A stretch of 62,923 nucleotides of DNA, filler included, from Squatina squatina (lineage: Eukaryota), in the NCBI GenBank assembly GCA_031763465.1. It is 14 parts of one record of this genome, joined end to end, with 100 filler letters (N's around TTAATTAATTAA, not from the genome) between each part and the next. Parts side by side here need not be neighbours in the genome. Positions count along the whole stretch, not along the records: positions 1 to 4,046 come from JARFOE010000004.1; positions 4,147 to 10,610 come from JARFOE010000004.1; positions 10,711 to 21,564 come from JARFOE010000004.1; 11 more parts are not named here. One strand, 5' to 3'. This document shows, in pieces, positions 1-11,704 of the stretch (the first letter of the stretch is position 1; every line of letters starts with the position of its first letter). The position numbers and the translations under genes were made by a program. The notes beneath the pieces are model-generated. The model ran no database searches, was not told the origin of the DNA, and saw only the letters and a list, made by a program, of their open reading frames with translations.

Positions 1-1490
1 TTTAAGACCCTAGTTTCGGATTGAACTACATCACTTTCAAACTTAATGTAAAATTCTATCATATTATGGTCACTCTTCCTTAAATGCCCCGTTACAACAA
101 GATTATTAATTAGCTCTTTCGCATTGCACAATACTAGATTTAAAATAGCCTGTGTCCCAGTTGGTTCCTCAACATACATCTCGAATATATTCCAGGAATT
201 CGTCCTCCATCGCATTTGTGCTAATTTGGTTCACCCAGTCTATATGTAGATTAAAGGCCCCCATGATTACTGTATTACCCTTGTTACATGCGCCTCTAAT
301 TTCCTGATTTATACTGTGCCCTACATTACCACTACTCTTTGGTGGCCTATAAACAACTCCCACCAATGTTTTCTGCCCCTTGCTGTTTCTTTGCGCCACC
401 CAAACTGATTCTACATCTTGATCTTCTGAGCCAAGATCCTTTCTCCTTATTGTACTGATCTCATCCTTTGTTAACTGAGCTGCCCCACCTCCTTTTCCAT
501 TCTGCCTGTCCTTCCAAAATGTCGAATACCCCTGAATATTCAGTTCCCAGCCTTGGTCACCCTGTAACCACGTCTCCGTAATGGCTATTAGATCATTCCC
601 ATTTATTTCTATTTGTGCCCATCAATTCATCTATCTTGTTGTGAATGCTGCGTGCATTCGGATAAAGTACCTTTAATTCTGTCTTTACCATTTTTCCATA
701 CTTTGACCCTATTTTCTGCTGGCCTTTGTTTCCTCTGCCTTCCAAATTTGCTCACTAATTTTTCTGCCTTCCATTTCCAGCTTTGTTTCTCTCCCTTCTG
801 AATCCACTCTCAAATTCCCATCCCCCTGCCAAGCTAGTTTAAACCCTCCCCAACAGCACCAGCAAACTCTCCTGTGAGGATATTGGTCCCGGTCCTTTTA
901 ATGTGCAGTCTTTCCAGCTTGTAAAGGACCTGCCCCAGAAACAGTCGCAATGCCTCAGAAATCTAAAGCCCTCCCTCCTGCACCATCTCTCCAGCCATAC
1001 ATTCATCTGCTCTATCCTCCTATTTCTGTACTCACTAGCATGTGACACTGGGAGTAATTGGTGATTGCTACTTTTTGAGGTCCTGCTTTTTAATCTCTTT
1101 CTAAGCTCCCTAAATTCTGCCTGCAGAACCTCATCCCTCTTTCTATCTATGAAATTGGTACCAATATGGACCACGATCTCTGGCTGTTCACCCTCCCTCC
1201 TCAGAATGCGCTGCAGCCGTTCAGTGATATCCTTGACCCTGGCACCAGGGAGGCAACATACCATCCTGGAGTCACATCTGCGGCCGCAGAAATGCCTGTC
1301 TGTTCCCTAACTATTGAATCCCCTACCGCTATTGCTCTTCCACTCTTCTTCCTCCCCTCCTGTGCAGCTGAGCCACCCATGGTGCTGTGGACTTGGCTCT
1401 GGCTGCACTCCCCAGAGGAACCACCAGTAACCAGTGAGCAAGATGCACTCAGGGGATTCCTGCTCTACCTGCCTGGTCCTCCTTGTCTAT
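1..1490 (-). mobile_element. Decayed CR1-type LINE fragment (ORF1 SGNH/GDSL esterase and start of ORF2 APE endonuclease)
   Basis: Minus-strand translation gives AVGDSIVR (~1305-1335), MVCCLPGARVKDITERL...IVVHIGTN (839-1264) and TLVGVVYRPP...VIMGAFNLHIDW (169-399). The frames are broken by frameshifts and stops. Confidence 0.9.
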
Positions 1491-2807
1491 TGATGTTCTC
1501 CATCTTATGCTTGCAGTCTCTTACTCTCTGTCTGTAAATGTTAATGGTACTGGATTTCATAAATTGGAATGGTAATTTTCACCCTCTGGTGGTTCTGTGA
1601 ATTACACAAGACAACCTCCAAAGATAAATGGAAACACGTGAGTTATTGTCAACCAAAAAAAGATGCAAAATTTGAACAACTAATACGAATAAAAAGACCT
1701 ATTATTTTTGGCACAATTGGGAAGGGGCACATGTTCACAAAATATAAAAATATTAAACAATTTAAAAACATAAAGCATTTGAATCTTGTATGTTAATACA
1801 ATTTTCTGTTCAAAGTTCTTGTTAACATATTTCTTAAGTACAAGTTCAGATTTAATAATTTACAGTGTTGCTACCTTGAGGGCTGCATTTAGCATGGTGC
1901 GATATAGGACTCCTGTTCTTGCTGCAATTAGAATGGGTGGTACAATCAATTGTGAACGCCAGACATGCACATGAGGTAAACTAAAAGAAGTGCACTTACT
2001 TCACTGCAGATATGTGAGAACTAGATGGATTATTGAGAACAATGTTACGGTGAACTGCGATGCTTCTCCTGGCACGTTGCCAAGAACCTAGCAACTAACG
2101 GCAAACAGAGATGTCTCTGTGTACAGTATTAGAAATAATTTTCTTGGGCATAGCTTAAAGCAGTTTTGCTTTCATTCTTAGCTGTTTCACACAGAGAGCT
2201 AATAATGACTTCAGATTTGTACAAGACGTCTCCTTCACCATCGGCCTGGGGTCATGAAAGCAGTATTGTATATTGTAATAAATTATGTTGCAGTAACTGA
2301 ATCTGATCATTTACTCAGCATGTGAAAGACACTTGTAAATAATCACTTCTTATGAGAAAATCTACTGGCAGCCCTTTGGGAGAGCTGACTCTGAGATAGA
2401 GCTGAAAGAATATGCTTTTAGTGCAACTAATACAGGTGGGTGGAGGCTGTCAGAAGCTGAAGCTTTCAGATTAAAGAGTTATGACAAGATGAGGATCTGA
2501 GTGATGTCTGGTGGAACTGTCCAACATCTCATTTTTATTGTCCCTAACTAGAATCCATTTTTACATTCAGCTGATCATAACCATGTCGGAAGCCACTAAA
2601 ACTGCATTCAGACCCTGAATTAAATCTTGGCACGTCAGTTTTTATATGTTAATGGCTAAGGCCCATAGTTCAGGACACTGCAAAAATTGAAGACTTAGGC
2701 AAGAAAANNNNNNNNNNNNNNNNNNNNNNNNNNNNNNNNNNNNNNNNNNNNNNNNNNNNNNNNNNNNNNNNNNNNNNNNNNNNNNNNNNNNNNNNNNNNN
2801 NNNNNNN

Positions 2808-2981
2808 CCTTTAGGGATGGAAATCTGGCCTCTATGTGACTCCAGACCCACAGCAATGTGGTTGGCTCTGAACTGCCCTCGGAAAACTGGGCTTACCACC
2901 ACCTTCTCAAGGGCAATTGGAGATGGGCAATAAATGCTGGCCTTGCCAGTGACGGCCACATCCCGGAATGAATTAAAAAAA
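2808..2981 (+). mobile_element. SINE/LINE 3' tail (CR1-type, shark family)
   Basis: Ends GGGCAATAAATGCTGGCCTTGCCAGTGACGGCCACATCCCGGAATGAATTAAAAAAA. A more decayed relative lies at ~4147-4318. Confidence 0.65.
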
Positions 2982-3079
2982 CCCTCAAATATCTGAAGCA
3001 GGGTTCCTGGGCTCCAACAGTTTGTTATATAGATTGAGCGCCTCATTCAGAAGAATATCCCAGTCTGCTTCTCACTTAC

Positions 3080-3166
3080 GTCCAAATGATCTTTCACTGC
3101 AGTGTCCAACATAACCAGGTCAGTGAGAAAGGTTCCCAAGTATGGGATCGTACCCTGCATGACACC
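3080..3166 (-). CDS. Internal exon of a RalGDS/RGL-family Ral guanine exchange factor (RasGEF/CDC25 domain)
   Basis: ttctccAG|GVMQGTIPYLGTFLTDLVMLDTAVKDHLD|GTAAGT, 87 nt, phase 0-0. Matches the GTxPYLGTFLTDLxMLDTA motif of RGL1/RALGDS; the paralogue cannot be resolved. Confidence 0.9.
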
Positions 3167-3377
3167 CTGGAGAAACACAACAGACATTATGAATTAAAGA
3201 AGTATTGTCATGAGATTAGGGAGCTTTAGGGCAGCTTTAGTTCTTGGAAGAGTCTGTTGTGAAAATTAGTTTAAATGCTGCCATGTATGTTGCCTGGCAA
3301 CAATGTTGAATGTACTTTTTGTTTTATTTTGTAATGTTTATCAAGTAAAAAGATTGAATAAATTGCATTCTCTAATT

Positions 3378-3504
3378 TTAAAGGTATCTCGATTCTAAAA
3401 GGGTGCACAGTTCTTCTCTTCGAGCCTCCTCCTTCACTATTTGGCTGTTCAAACTCTGATGCCGAGTGTGAAGAGAGAAATTCCGACTGGGTGAACTATT
3501 AATG
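3378..3504 (-). CDS. Possible terminal exon of unknown identity
   Basis: Strong acceptor (T9-CTCCCAG), 41 codons INSSPSRNF...ELCTLLESRYL then TAA, and AATAAA 50 nt downstream (3323-3328). No recognised homology. Confidence 0.3.
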
Positions 3505-4046
3505 CTGGGAGAAAAAAAAAACAGCACAAAAAAACAGGCAGAGACGTTTGATTTTAAGTTCATTTCCATCTGGTTGCCAAGAATTTTTCTGTGCACTCCC
3601 TCCCCCTTTCTTGACTGGCATTAATGCTATGCAGGTTCCTCCACTTGTAGGAGTGCTATTATCCCCACACTTCAGTCCCTGTGACAGGGGGTAATTACTC
3701 AGGCCCAGGGGCTTGTCTTTATGCGGAGGCTGTTGTCAGCCCGGTTCGAGTAAAACATCAGCGCGCTGCTGTTTGCAGAGAATGCCTTCACATTGTGGGT
3801 GAATGCAGCCCATGTGGATTTTACACACCAGATGCACAGCTTCGCTGCACAATCTGGGGGGGTCACTTCTCCGGTTTAAGCTGCAACTTCAAAGCACGAT
3901 ATTGCAATCAGCTTTAACTATTCCCCCTTATCCGATGTTGCTGGGTCCTTGTAACCGATGCCCGGTTTGCAGAAAGGGACGTGGGAGCCCTCCGCTGTGC
4001 CCGGGATCTGCCCCACGCACTAACTCTCGCCGCTATGCAATCACTT

Positions 4047-4146
4047 NNNNNNNNNNNNNNNNNNNNNNNNNNNNNNNNNNNNNNNNNNNNTTAATTAATT
4101 AANNNNNNNNNNNNNNNNNNNNNNNNNNNNNNNNNNNNNNNNNNNN
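4047..4146. other. Artificial assembly linker N44-TTAATTAATTAA-N44 (first of 13 copies)
   Basis: Identical 100-bp spacer with stops in all six frames. Other copies start at 10611, 21565, 26095, 28993, 35424, 36865, 40491, 44970, 49679, 51260, 52366 and 61731. Confidence 0.97.
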
Positions 4147-4884
4147 GGGTTGGTTTCCTGGAATTCCCTAGCTAATAGCTTTGTGGGAGGATCATCCCCA
4201 CAAGAACTGCAAAATTTAAGGAGAAGGCTCATCGCCACTTTCTCAGCGCGACTAGGAATAGATGATAAATGTGGTCTTGTCGTCATCATGCATATTAAGA
4301 ACAAATATAAAAGAAAAATTCTCTGACAGTCCAGTGGTATGAGTCTGATTCAAAGGTAGTCTAGTAGTGGGGCCTTGCTCAGGGTGAAGCATAACTTTGC
4401 CTTTGGACCAATTAAATATTGAATGCTCTGAATAGAAATGCTTATCCTGGTGAGATCTTAGAAATCAGTATGTTGTTTTGGGCTAATTGACCATTGTTTC
4501 CAAGAATGACACAAACAAGGGTAGGTTGACTGATTCATACCACCTACTCCTTTAAGGGTCATTACATTTCTTTCCAGCTTTGTTAAGTCATTACTATCTT
4601 TGTTTAATTTCTCGAATTAACCCTGTGGCCAGAAGACACCCACACTTGTACAGACATGAGTGTTGAAAGGAATAACTCTGCAGGTGACTGATTATTGTGA
4701 ATTCTTTTTTTGCATAGTGTTTTAGAAGAAGGGGTGGAATCTCACTTAGTTCAGGTTTTCTATGAAACTGTTGAGCAGCAGCTTCATGGAGCATCCATTA
4801 TAAGCAAAATAAAAGCCAAGTATCTACATGCATGGTGATGAAAGAGAGATTGTTTTGTTTGCTCTCACTTAGAAACACAATCCA

Positions 4885-5170
4885 TCATGGAGTTTTCACA
4901 CACCCATTCATCAGTACATGGAATCATAACCCCCATTCAATAGTGTGAGTAATCACACCCCCATTCAATAGTGTAAAGAATCACACCCTCCATTCAATAG
5001 TGCATGAACTAACACCCTCCATTCAATAATGTGAATAATCACTCCCCCTATTCTGTACTGTAAGGAATCACAGGCGCCATTCTGTATTGTATGGAATCAC
5101 ACACCCAATTAATAGTGCAAGGAATCACACACTCAATTATGAGTGTATGGAATCACAGCCCCATTGAAGA
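4885..5170. repeat. Degenerate minisatellite, ~29-30 bp unit, ~9 copies
   Basis: Recurring GAATCACACCCCCATTCAATAGTGT-like unit that runs into an N gap. Confidence 0.85.
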
Positions 5171-5270
5171 NNNNNNNNNNNNNNNNNNNNNNNNNNNNNN
5201 NNNNNNNNNNNNNNNNNNNNNNNNNNNNNNNNNNNNNNNNNNNNNNNNNNNNNNNNNNNNNNNNNNNNNN

Positions 5271-5406
5271 CCATGGTCACTTTTAGTGAAAGCAGCTTTT
5301 TATTTCCAGATTTTGAAAAACACAATCCAAATTCTCAAATTGACATGGTGGGATTTCAACTTGCATTCTCTGGATTATTAATCCAGTAACATAACCACCA
5401 CACTAT
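5271..5406 (-). mobile_element. tRNA-derived SINE 5' head fragment
   Basis: Minus strand reads ATAGTGTGGTGGTTATGTTACTGGATTA...AAGTTGAAATCCCACCATG (A/B-box-like). Same family as 43645-44040. Confidence 0.55.
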
Positions 5407-5792
5407 TCATTATCTGTGAAGTTCTTCGGGCTATTTTGAAGAGATATGATAAAGTGATAAATAAATGCAAGTCTTTTTGCTATCTTGGGCACTATATTTA
5501 CCCACTGAACTAATAGGAAGCTAAACTGATTTTTTTTTTAGTGTACGTTGTTATCATGCATGCAAGACTAAAATGGACAGAAATGTAGCTATTTTGTAAC
5601 AGTGGTTAACTCAGATTTGAAAGTTCTGTACGTGTGAAATGAATTTTGCTACGTCTTAAAAATTGACCAGTGTTGCCAGTGGATTTTGTCCAAAAGAACA
5701 GAGCTTTGACCAAAAGCTGCTGAAATAATTAAACGTAGGGATGTGCAGCTATCTGAATCACTACTTATGCCTCATTATTATGTTTCTTCCAG

Positions 5793-5936
5793 ACTGCCAG
5801 TCAACCTTAGCTTTACAGATTATGACTAAACGATGCCACGGGAAGAGGAGCTGCAGTGTATATGCCAGTTCCTATGAGTTTGGTGATCCCTGTTATCCAG
5901 GCATCCGCAAATTCCTCAATGTCATCTACACCTGCG
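5793..5936 (+). CDS. EVA1C: Internal exon of an EVA1C-like protein (C-terminal half of a SUEL/rhamnose-binding lectin domain)
   Basis: ttcttccAG|(D)CQSTLALQIMTKRCHGKRSCSVYASSYEFGDPCYPGIRKFLNVIYTC|GTAAGA, 144 nt, phase 1-1. Cys spacing and FGDPCxxGxxKxLxVxYxC match SUEL domain 2 of EVA1C-type proteins. It may be a paralogue. Confidence 0.8.
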
Positions 5937-6083
5937 GTAAGACAGTGGAATTCACTCTCAACATTGTCACAATTCAGCAGCTCTTTATTTCATTTTTGGT
6001 AAAAGATTCAAATGAAGGCTTAAAAAAAAAGGTAAAGGATGAAGGGAAGGAATAAACGTGTTGGGAATAAAGCATTGTGAATC

Positions 6084-6206
6084 CAGCTGGAAAAATGTGA
6101 GGATTAGGGAGAGCTGCCTGTGATTGGTCAGGGTCAGTGGTAATGACATAGTTGCAGTTTATTTCGGGCTGGACGAGCTTTCCTCCTCCTTCACTCCTTT
6201 ATTTAG
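6084..6206 (+). promoter_or_regulatory. Putative muscle-type proximal promoter of the APOBEC2-like gene
   Basis: E-box CAGCTG at 6084-6089, inverted CCAAT (ATTGG) at 6123-6127, and MEF2/TATA-like CTTTATTTAG at 6197-6206, 100 nt before the ATG. Motif inspection only. Confidence 0.35.
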
Positions 6207-6305
6207 AGGTTGAGGCCGTAATGTGACAGGGACCTCTCGCTTGCTCAGTGCAGAGCTGCTTTCGGACTGCCCTCGTCGCACTCATCTGTCGGGTTTCTGT
6301 CCGCA

Positions 6306-6424
6306 ATGGCTGAAAACGCCAAAGAAGAACCCAAGAAAGTTGAGAAAGAGGGCGGAGTGGATGGAGAGGCTGACGCCGAGAATGTCGAGCTCCCTGAACT
6401 GGGACCTTTTGAAATAATCATCGG
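6306..6424 (+). CDS. APOBEC2: First coding exon of APOBEC2 (acidic N-terminal extension)
   Basis: gcaATGG start; MAENAKEEPKKVEKEGGVDGEADAENVELPELGPFEIIIG|GTGAGT, phase 2. Resembles human APOBEC2 exon 1, which ends ELIELPPFEIVTG. The deaminase-domain exon is not present in the window. Confidence 0.72.
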
Positions 6425-8379
6425 GTGAGTATCGAACCTCTTTCTCTGCAGTTAGATAGAAATTTGATAAAAAGGCTACAGACTGAAATTGTTAAACATA
6501 TTTCACCTCTGAGCAAGACGAAATAAGCAGAGATATATCTACATTGCTAGATTTTATATAGAAAGAACTCTTGCCACAGATCAAGAAGTGTCGAAGTTTA
6601 ATCGTGACAAGAACAGCAGGAAATATCTTTTGTCAGAAAGAAAGTGATGCATTGAATTTAAAGTGGAGCCCAAGTTAAAAACACTGGTAGGTATTGTATT
6701 TAAGTAGTGAATGAGGTTTTAACATGTTCCAATAGCATTTATNNNNNNNNNNNNNNNNNNNNNNNNNNNNNNNNNNNNNNNNNNNNNNNNNNNNNNNNNN
6801 NNNNNNNNNNNNNNNNNNNNNNNNNNNNNNNNNNNNNNNNNNCAGAAATAAAACACAAGGATTTAAAAGATTGTTCTCCTGTGCAGTAATTTTTCTGTAA
6901 CATAATGATCTCATTGGATTGTGCAGTTCAGTGGAGGAACAGAGCATGCTACATACATATTACTCTGTCTGACACACACAGGTTTCAAAGCAGCTGCACA
7001 GTTTGCCTGCCAGATTAAGTTACACCGCAGGAAATGACTGAAGTTCTGCAATTACAGTACAGTTCTCAATTTAAAAATCAATTGTGCCTAAGAAGTAGAG
7101 TTGTGAGAAAAACTGGGGTAACTTGCTCACTTGCGAAATGGAAGTTAGAATGCACTGCTGATCAAGCAATGACCGCAGTGTATTGCAAGTTAATATGTAA
7201 TATGTAATTAAAACAGAGATACAATGGGAAAAGGTAAATACTGTTATTTCAGTTTGTTTTGGAAGGAGTTCAATGGTTATTACTTGATAGCCTTACCTTT
7301 TTTTATTGTGCTGAGCGTTGGTTCCAGCACAATATTTCAGCACGCAGTAGGAAAAGAAACATAAAGGTTAATCCGCCCAGATGATTGTAGTCTTCTGTCT
7401 TTCTGGACATGACCTTAGATTGGGGAGACACTACAAGTGACTTCACTCCTAGTTCACACTGCTTGCGCAGAAGGAACCAAAGTCAGCTATTTTTTGTGGC
7501 CATGAATGTACCCCGGCAAGCACTGCGATCCACTCTTCTGGTTTGTGCCAACATTGTACACCCATCTGATGCCCTGAATGTCCAGGAACACTTAAAGAGC
7601 TGTGACAGCAATGAAGAAATATACAGCTCAAGGGCTTGTGGGGTGATTTAAGGCCCCAAATGTCTGTAAACTTATAAAAGTTGCATGAGGTCTGCAAACA
7701 TCCATTCAAAAAGTGGACAGCAACCACAAAACAAGAGTGGTTGGCAACTGTAGGTTAGTCACCCTTAGGCTTGACCCATACGCAGGCTGTTTATTGTAGC
7801 TGAAATTGGTCTGTACTATTACTGTCTACTAATCCACATCAAATGTAAAGGTCCTATTCCGGTGGCACTTTGAGAGAGGTCAACGAGGTGCTGGTCACTA
7901 AGCTGCTGTACCCACTGGTCCAAAAGGGCTGAGGATTCTGTGTGATTCTCATGGAAAAAGGCATGCCAATAATACAGCGTTATGGAAGCATTCACAGGGG
8001 CACTTGGTAAATTTCCCACTTTCTTGTATGACCAGTCTTCCCTTGAATGTACGCCATTTGGGAAGTGACACAACTTCCCTTAGACCATGTTCCAAATGAC
8101 TGCCAAAGGTGATAGTCCAACATATTACAAGGCCAGCCTTTTGTCCCTCTCAGCATAAAATAGCTTTCAATTTTCCAAGCATTTGTGGGTAGAAATCTCT
8201 TTTGAAATCTCATAAATGGGCTGCATTTATTACAGCCATATTAATAATGGATAAATGTCTTTGCTACTAGATGTTCTTCNNNNNNNNNNNNNNNNNNNNN
8301 NNNNNNNNNNNNNNNNNNNNNNNNNNNNNNNNNNNNNNNNNNNNNNNNNNNNNNNNNNNNNNNNNNNNNNNNNNNNNNN

Positions 8380-8511
8380 GTAGGAAATGCGATAGCCAAT
8401 TTGCGCACAGCAAGCTCCCACAAATTGCAATATGATAATGACTAGATAATTTTTTTTTAAGTGATGTTCATTGAGAAATAAATATTGGTTAGGACACCGG
8501 GGATAACTCCC
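8380..8511 (-). mobile_element. Deu-domain SINE (SacSINE1-like) fragment
   Basis: Minus strand reads GGAGTTATCCCGGTGTCCTAACCAATATTTAT...GTGGGAGCTTGCTGTGCGCAAATTGGCT. Confidence 0.75.
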
Positions 8512-10710
8512 AAGGAGAAAATCAGTAAAGAATTTAGCGACTTCTCATTTTGACCAAAATTTGGTAAATGAAGCAGCCATCAAAAATAATTAAACATGTA
8601 AAACAACCAAACATCACTCCATTGATATCTGAATTTGAAGCAAAGAAGGAATGTAATTACAGTGTGCTACACAGAACTGTAAGCTATTACTGCTAGTCCC
8701 ATCAACCTGAAAGCAGAAACTCCTGATGGTCACAGGGTGTCTCTTTGTTACTGATACCCATAATTCACCTTGACTTGTTCCCGCAGTCCACGCAGCAAAT
8801 TGGAAATGTTACAGTTGCTGTTCTCCTGCTACACAAGGGGCTTCATTATGTTTTAAAGTAGGAGGGGATTTTGGAAAATCAACTGACTCCGAGTGCTTTG
8901 AGGAGGTTTCGTTCACAAGTAGCTCAACTTTCCGGAAACATGGAGCTAAAATGTTACGGAGGTTGACCACCAGTAAATTTTGTGTGTAGGTGGGGAAATT
9001 CTTCGGTTGCCAATCTAATGAATTCCCTCTACGCAGATGCTGCTTGAATTCAGGATGTTCAGTAAAACTCTGAGCATTGTTAAGTCAAGCCTAGAATCAT
9101 AGATTTCTTAACCTTCACAGATCAAAGACTTTTAACATTGCGTTACCGAGTCACTTAATGTTCTTTCACAATGGATGAAGTAAAGTTTCTCTTGTGAGTC
9201 ACTATGGTGTACTGAAACTCCTTCCTTCTCATGTGTCCAGGAAAGAATGGGGGCGTGTGTCCTTTTGATCCAGTACTTTATTGAAGTGGGATCAGTTACA
9301 TGTAAGTTGTACTTGAATGTGGAATGCAAGAAATTCTTGTCAGTATGAAGAATATAAGATACAGTTACCAAAATGTTTCTAAGGACACTGAACCATAACT
9401 TCAGTTTCATTTATAGATGTGCAGTCACATTTGATGTTTCAGACCCAATTTTAACCCTTCCATGTTTGGGAAGGGCAGGTGGTTTAATTGGTGGTTGGGC
9501 AGTTCTTACAGCATTCCTGACATGTTTGCACACAGCGACTTTCTGATCCCAGGTTGGGGCCTCTTCAATATTTAACTGTTGAGGTCTGATGACATCATTT
9601 AACCCCGATGTGATTTTTACTACCTATCGCAACAATGATGCCCAGTGTCAGAGCCACCAGCGAAAGGATTGTGGCCAGAAGAGGCCCAGAAGGTTAAGAT
9701 CTTTTTTTCCATTTTTCTTTGGTTTCTTTGAAGGCCAGGGAGAGCAGCTATGCTCATCTGGGTCCCACGAGGAAATCTTGGACCTTCCCTGCCCTGAGTT
9801 TCCCTTTCTCCCGACTGTGATCACTTCCCGACATTCTCCCTCTGATNNNNNNNNNNNNNNNNNNNNNNNNNNNNNNNNNNNNNNNNNNNNNNNNNNNNNN
9901 NNNNNNNNNNNNNNNNNNNNNNNNNNNNNNNNNNNNNNNNNNNNNNTGCTGCCGCTGGAATAACTTATTTTAAAAAAAAGAAAAAATATCAGTGATATGA
10001 TTTTTTAATGTTCAAGAATAAAATACTCTTCATATTTACTTTTTTGAAGATTGTTTATTACGGGCTGGGCAAAGTTATGTGACAAATTTCTAACATCCTG
10101 TAAAGAAGGTTAGCAGTTCTTAGCATTCAGAATTAAAAGGAATCTCCGTAGTCTCCATTCACTCCATAATATGCCTATTGTAGTTACCTAATCATCTTGT
10201 CATCTGTGAATGATATTTATTAGCTTAACTGCAGCTATTTTGAGCTGAATGAGAACCACCTGGTTACACTGTTCCTGCTCCGACTATGCCGGGAAACAGG
10301 AGCTCAATTAAAGCTTAATCCTCTATTTGTAAAACTTCAAGATATTTACGTGGATGGAGCTGACCTTGAGTATTTCCGAACCTTTCTTCTCTCTCCCTAG
10401 CTGCTTCTTTTTCTCTGAAGGAAGACATTTGTCATTTTATAATGACATTGAGGGTAGTTTATTTGAGATAAATTGGGAAGACTGTAATGCAGCTATTGTT
10501 TGCTAGGCATGTTGCTGGCACAGCTACACAAACATGTGGTGCACAGTTTTATTTGTTAACCAGTATGTATTTATCATTTAGTTTAACTCTTGAACTGCTG
10601 GTGGACTTGGNNNNNNNNNNNNNNNNNNNNNNNNNNNNNNNNNNNNNNNNNNNNTTAATTAATTAANNNNNNNNNNNNNNNNNNNNNNNNNNNNNNNNNN
10701 NNNNNNNNNN

Positions 10711-10942
10711 CCAAGCACACACAAGCACTTTGACATAAATGAACATCTACCGTGGATGATTGTTCTCTTTCTACTGTTCGTGCTGGTGGTGACAGTAGTC
10801 TGCAGTATCAAGAAAAGCTCCCATGTGCTGAAGAAAGGTCCCAAACAAGACCCCAGCAGCATTGTTGAAAAAGCTGGTCTGAAGAAGCCTATTTCCCCTA
10901 CCCCAAATAAAGAAAAGTGGATTTACTATTCTAATGGACAAG
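10711..10942 (+). CDS. TNFRSF21: TNFRSF21 (death receptor 6) transmembrane exon, 5' end lost in gap
   Basis: [59 protein letters not shown]...[18 protein letters not shown], nearly identical to human DR6. Confidence 0.97.
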
Positions 10943-11082
10943 GTAAGCAAACAAAGATTAAGCTTTAATGTAATAAACTTGTCAGATGCATTGCAGTGCA
11001 GAGATGCAATTGTAGTTATGTTCCAGTAGCCATCATTATACCAGCATGGGCAGCATTGAGATGCCACCTCCATTTGGGTCTC

Positions 11083-11113
11083 TAACTTTAACTTTAACTT
11101 TAACTTTAACTTT
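11083..11113. repeat. (TAACTT)5 microsatellite
   Basis: Read directly from the sequence. Confidence 0.9.
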
Positions 11114-11290
11114 AATTTTGTCTTCAGCATCTATGTCTGATAGCTTTGTCACTGATAACAAATTGAACAGAGGTCATATGCTTCCATACCATAGCCATCC
11201 AAGTCCAGCAGTGTCATATCCAGAGTCCCCCAAAGTTCTGTCCTTGCACCATCCTCTTCCTCATCTGCTCCTGACTGAGATATTATAATC

Positions 11291-11704
11291 CATAAGAATT
11301 ACGAGTAGGCCATACGTCCCCTCGAGCCATTCAATAACATCATGGCTGATCATTGACTTCAACTCCACTTGCCTGTCTGATCGCCATATGCCTTGATTCC
11401 CCCAGAGTCCAAAAATCTATTTCTCAGTCTCGAATATACTCAGAGACTCAGCATCCACAGCCCTCTGGGTGAAGAAATTCTTCATCTCGGTCTGAAATGG
11501 CCTACCTCTTATTCTAAGACTATGCCCTCCTCGTTCTAGATACTCCATCTGGGGGAGAGAACCTCTCAGCATCTACCCTGTCAATCCCCTTCAGAATCTT
11601 GCATGTTTCAATGAGATCACCTCTCATTCTTGTAAACTCCAGAGAGTATAGGCCCTTTCTACACAATTTCTCAACAGAAGACAGCCCTCTGATCCCAGGA
11701 ATCA
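11291..11704 (-). mobile_element. CR1 LINE 3' end
   Basis: ORF2 C-terminus IPGIRGLSSVEKLCRKGLYSLEFTRMRGDLIETCKILKGIDRVD, plus the typical tail (...GGCCTACTC...TTCTTATG). Confidence 0.9.

Noticed and set aside
4091..4102. Recurrent TTAATTAATTAA as a biological repeat, piggyBac site or CRISPR-like array
   Set aside because: It is always centred in exactly 44+44 Ns and has stops in all six frames, so it is a synthetic contig linker.
4885..5170. CRISPR-like array
   Set aside because: The units are contiguous and degenerate with no unique spacers, there are no cas genes, and the DNA is vertebrate.
3080..6424. RGL-APOBEC nesting like human RGL1/APOBEC4
   Set aside because: The exons are separated by a synthetic linker, and the peptide resembles APOBEC2 rather than APOBEC4.
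7290..8279. Decayed coding-like region (endogenous viral or glycoprotein exon)
   Set aside because: There are several short ORFs and a minus-strand donor near 7295, but stops occur in all frames and I recognise no motif. A BLASTX search would be needed.
9241..9301. AG/GT-bounded 61-nt candidate exon
   Set aside because: The only open frame (ERMGACVLLIQYFIEVGSVT) matches neither APOBEC2 nor EVA1C, and such pseudo-exons are common.
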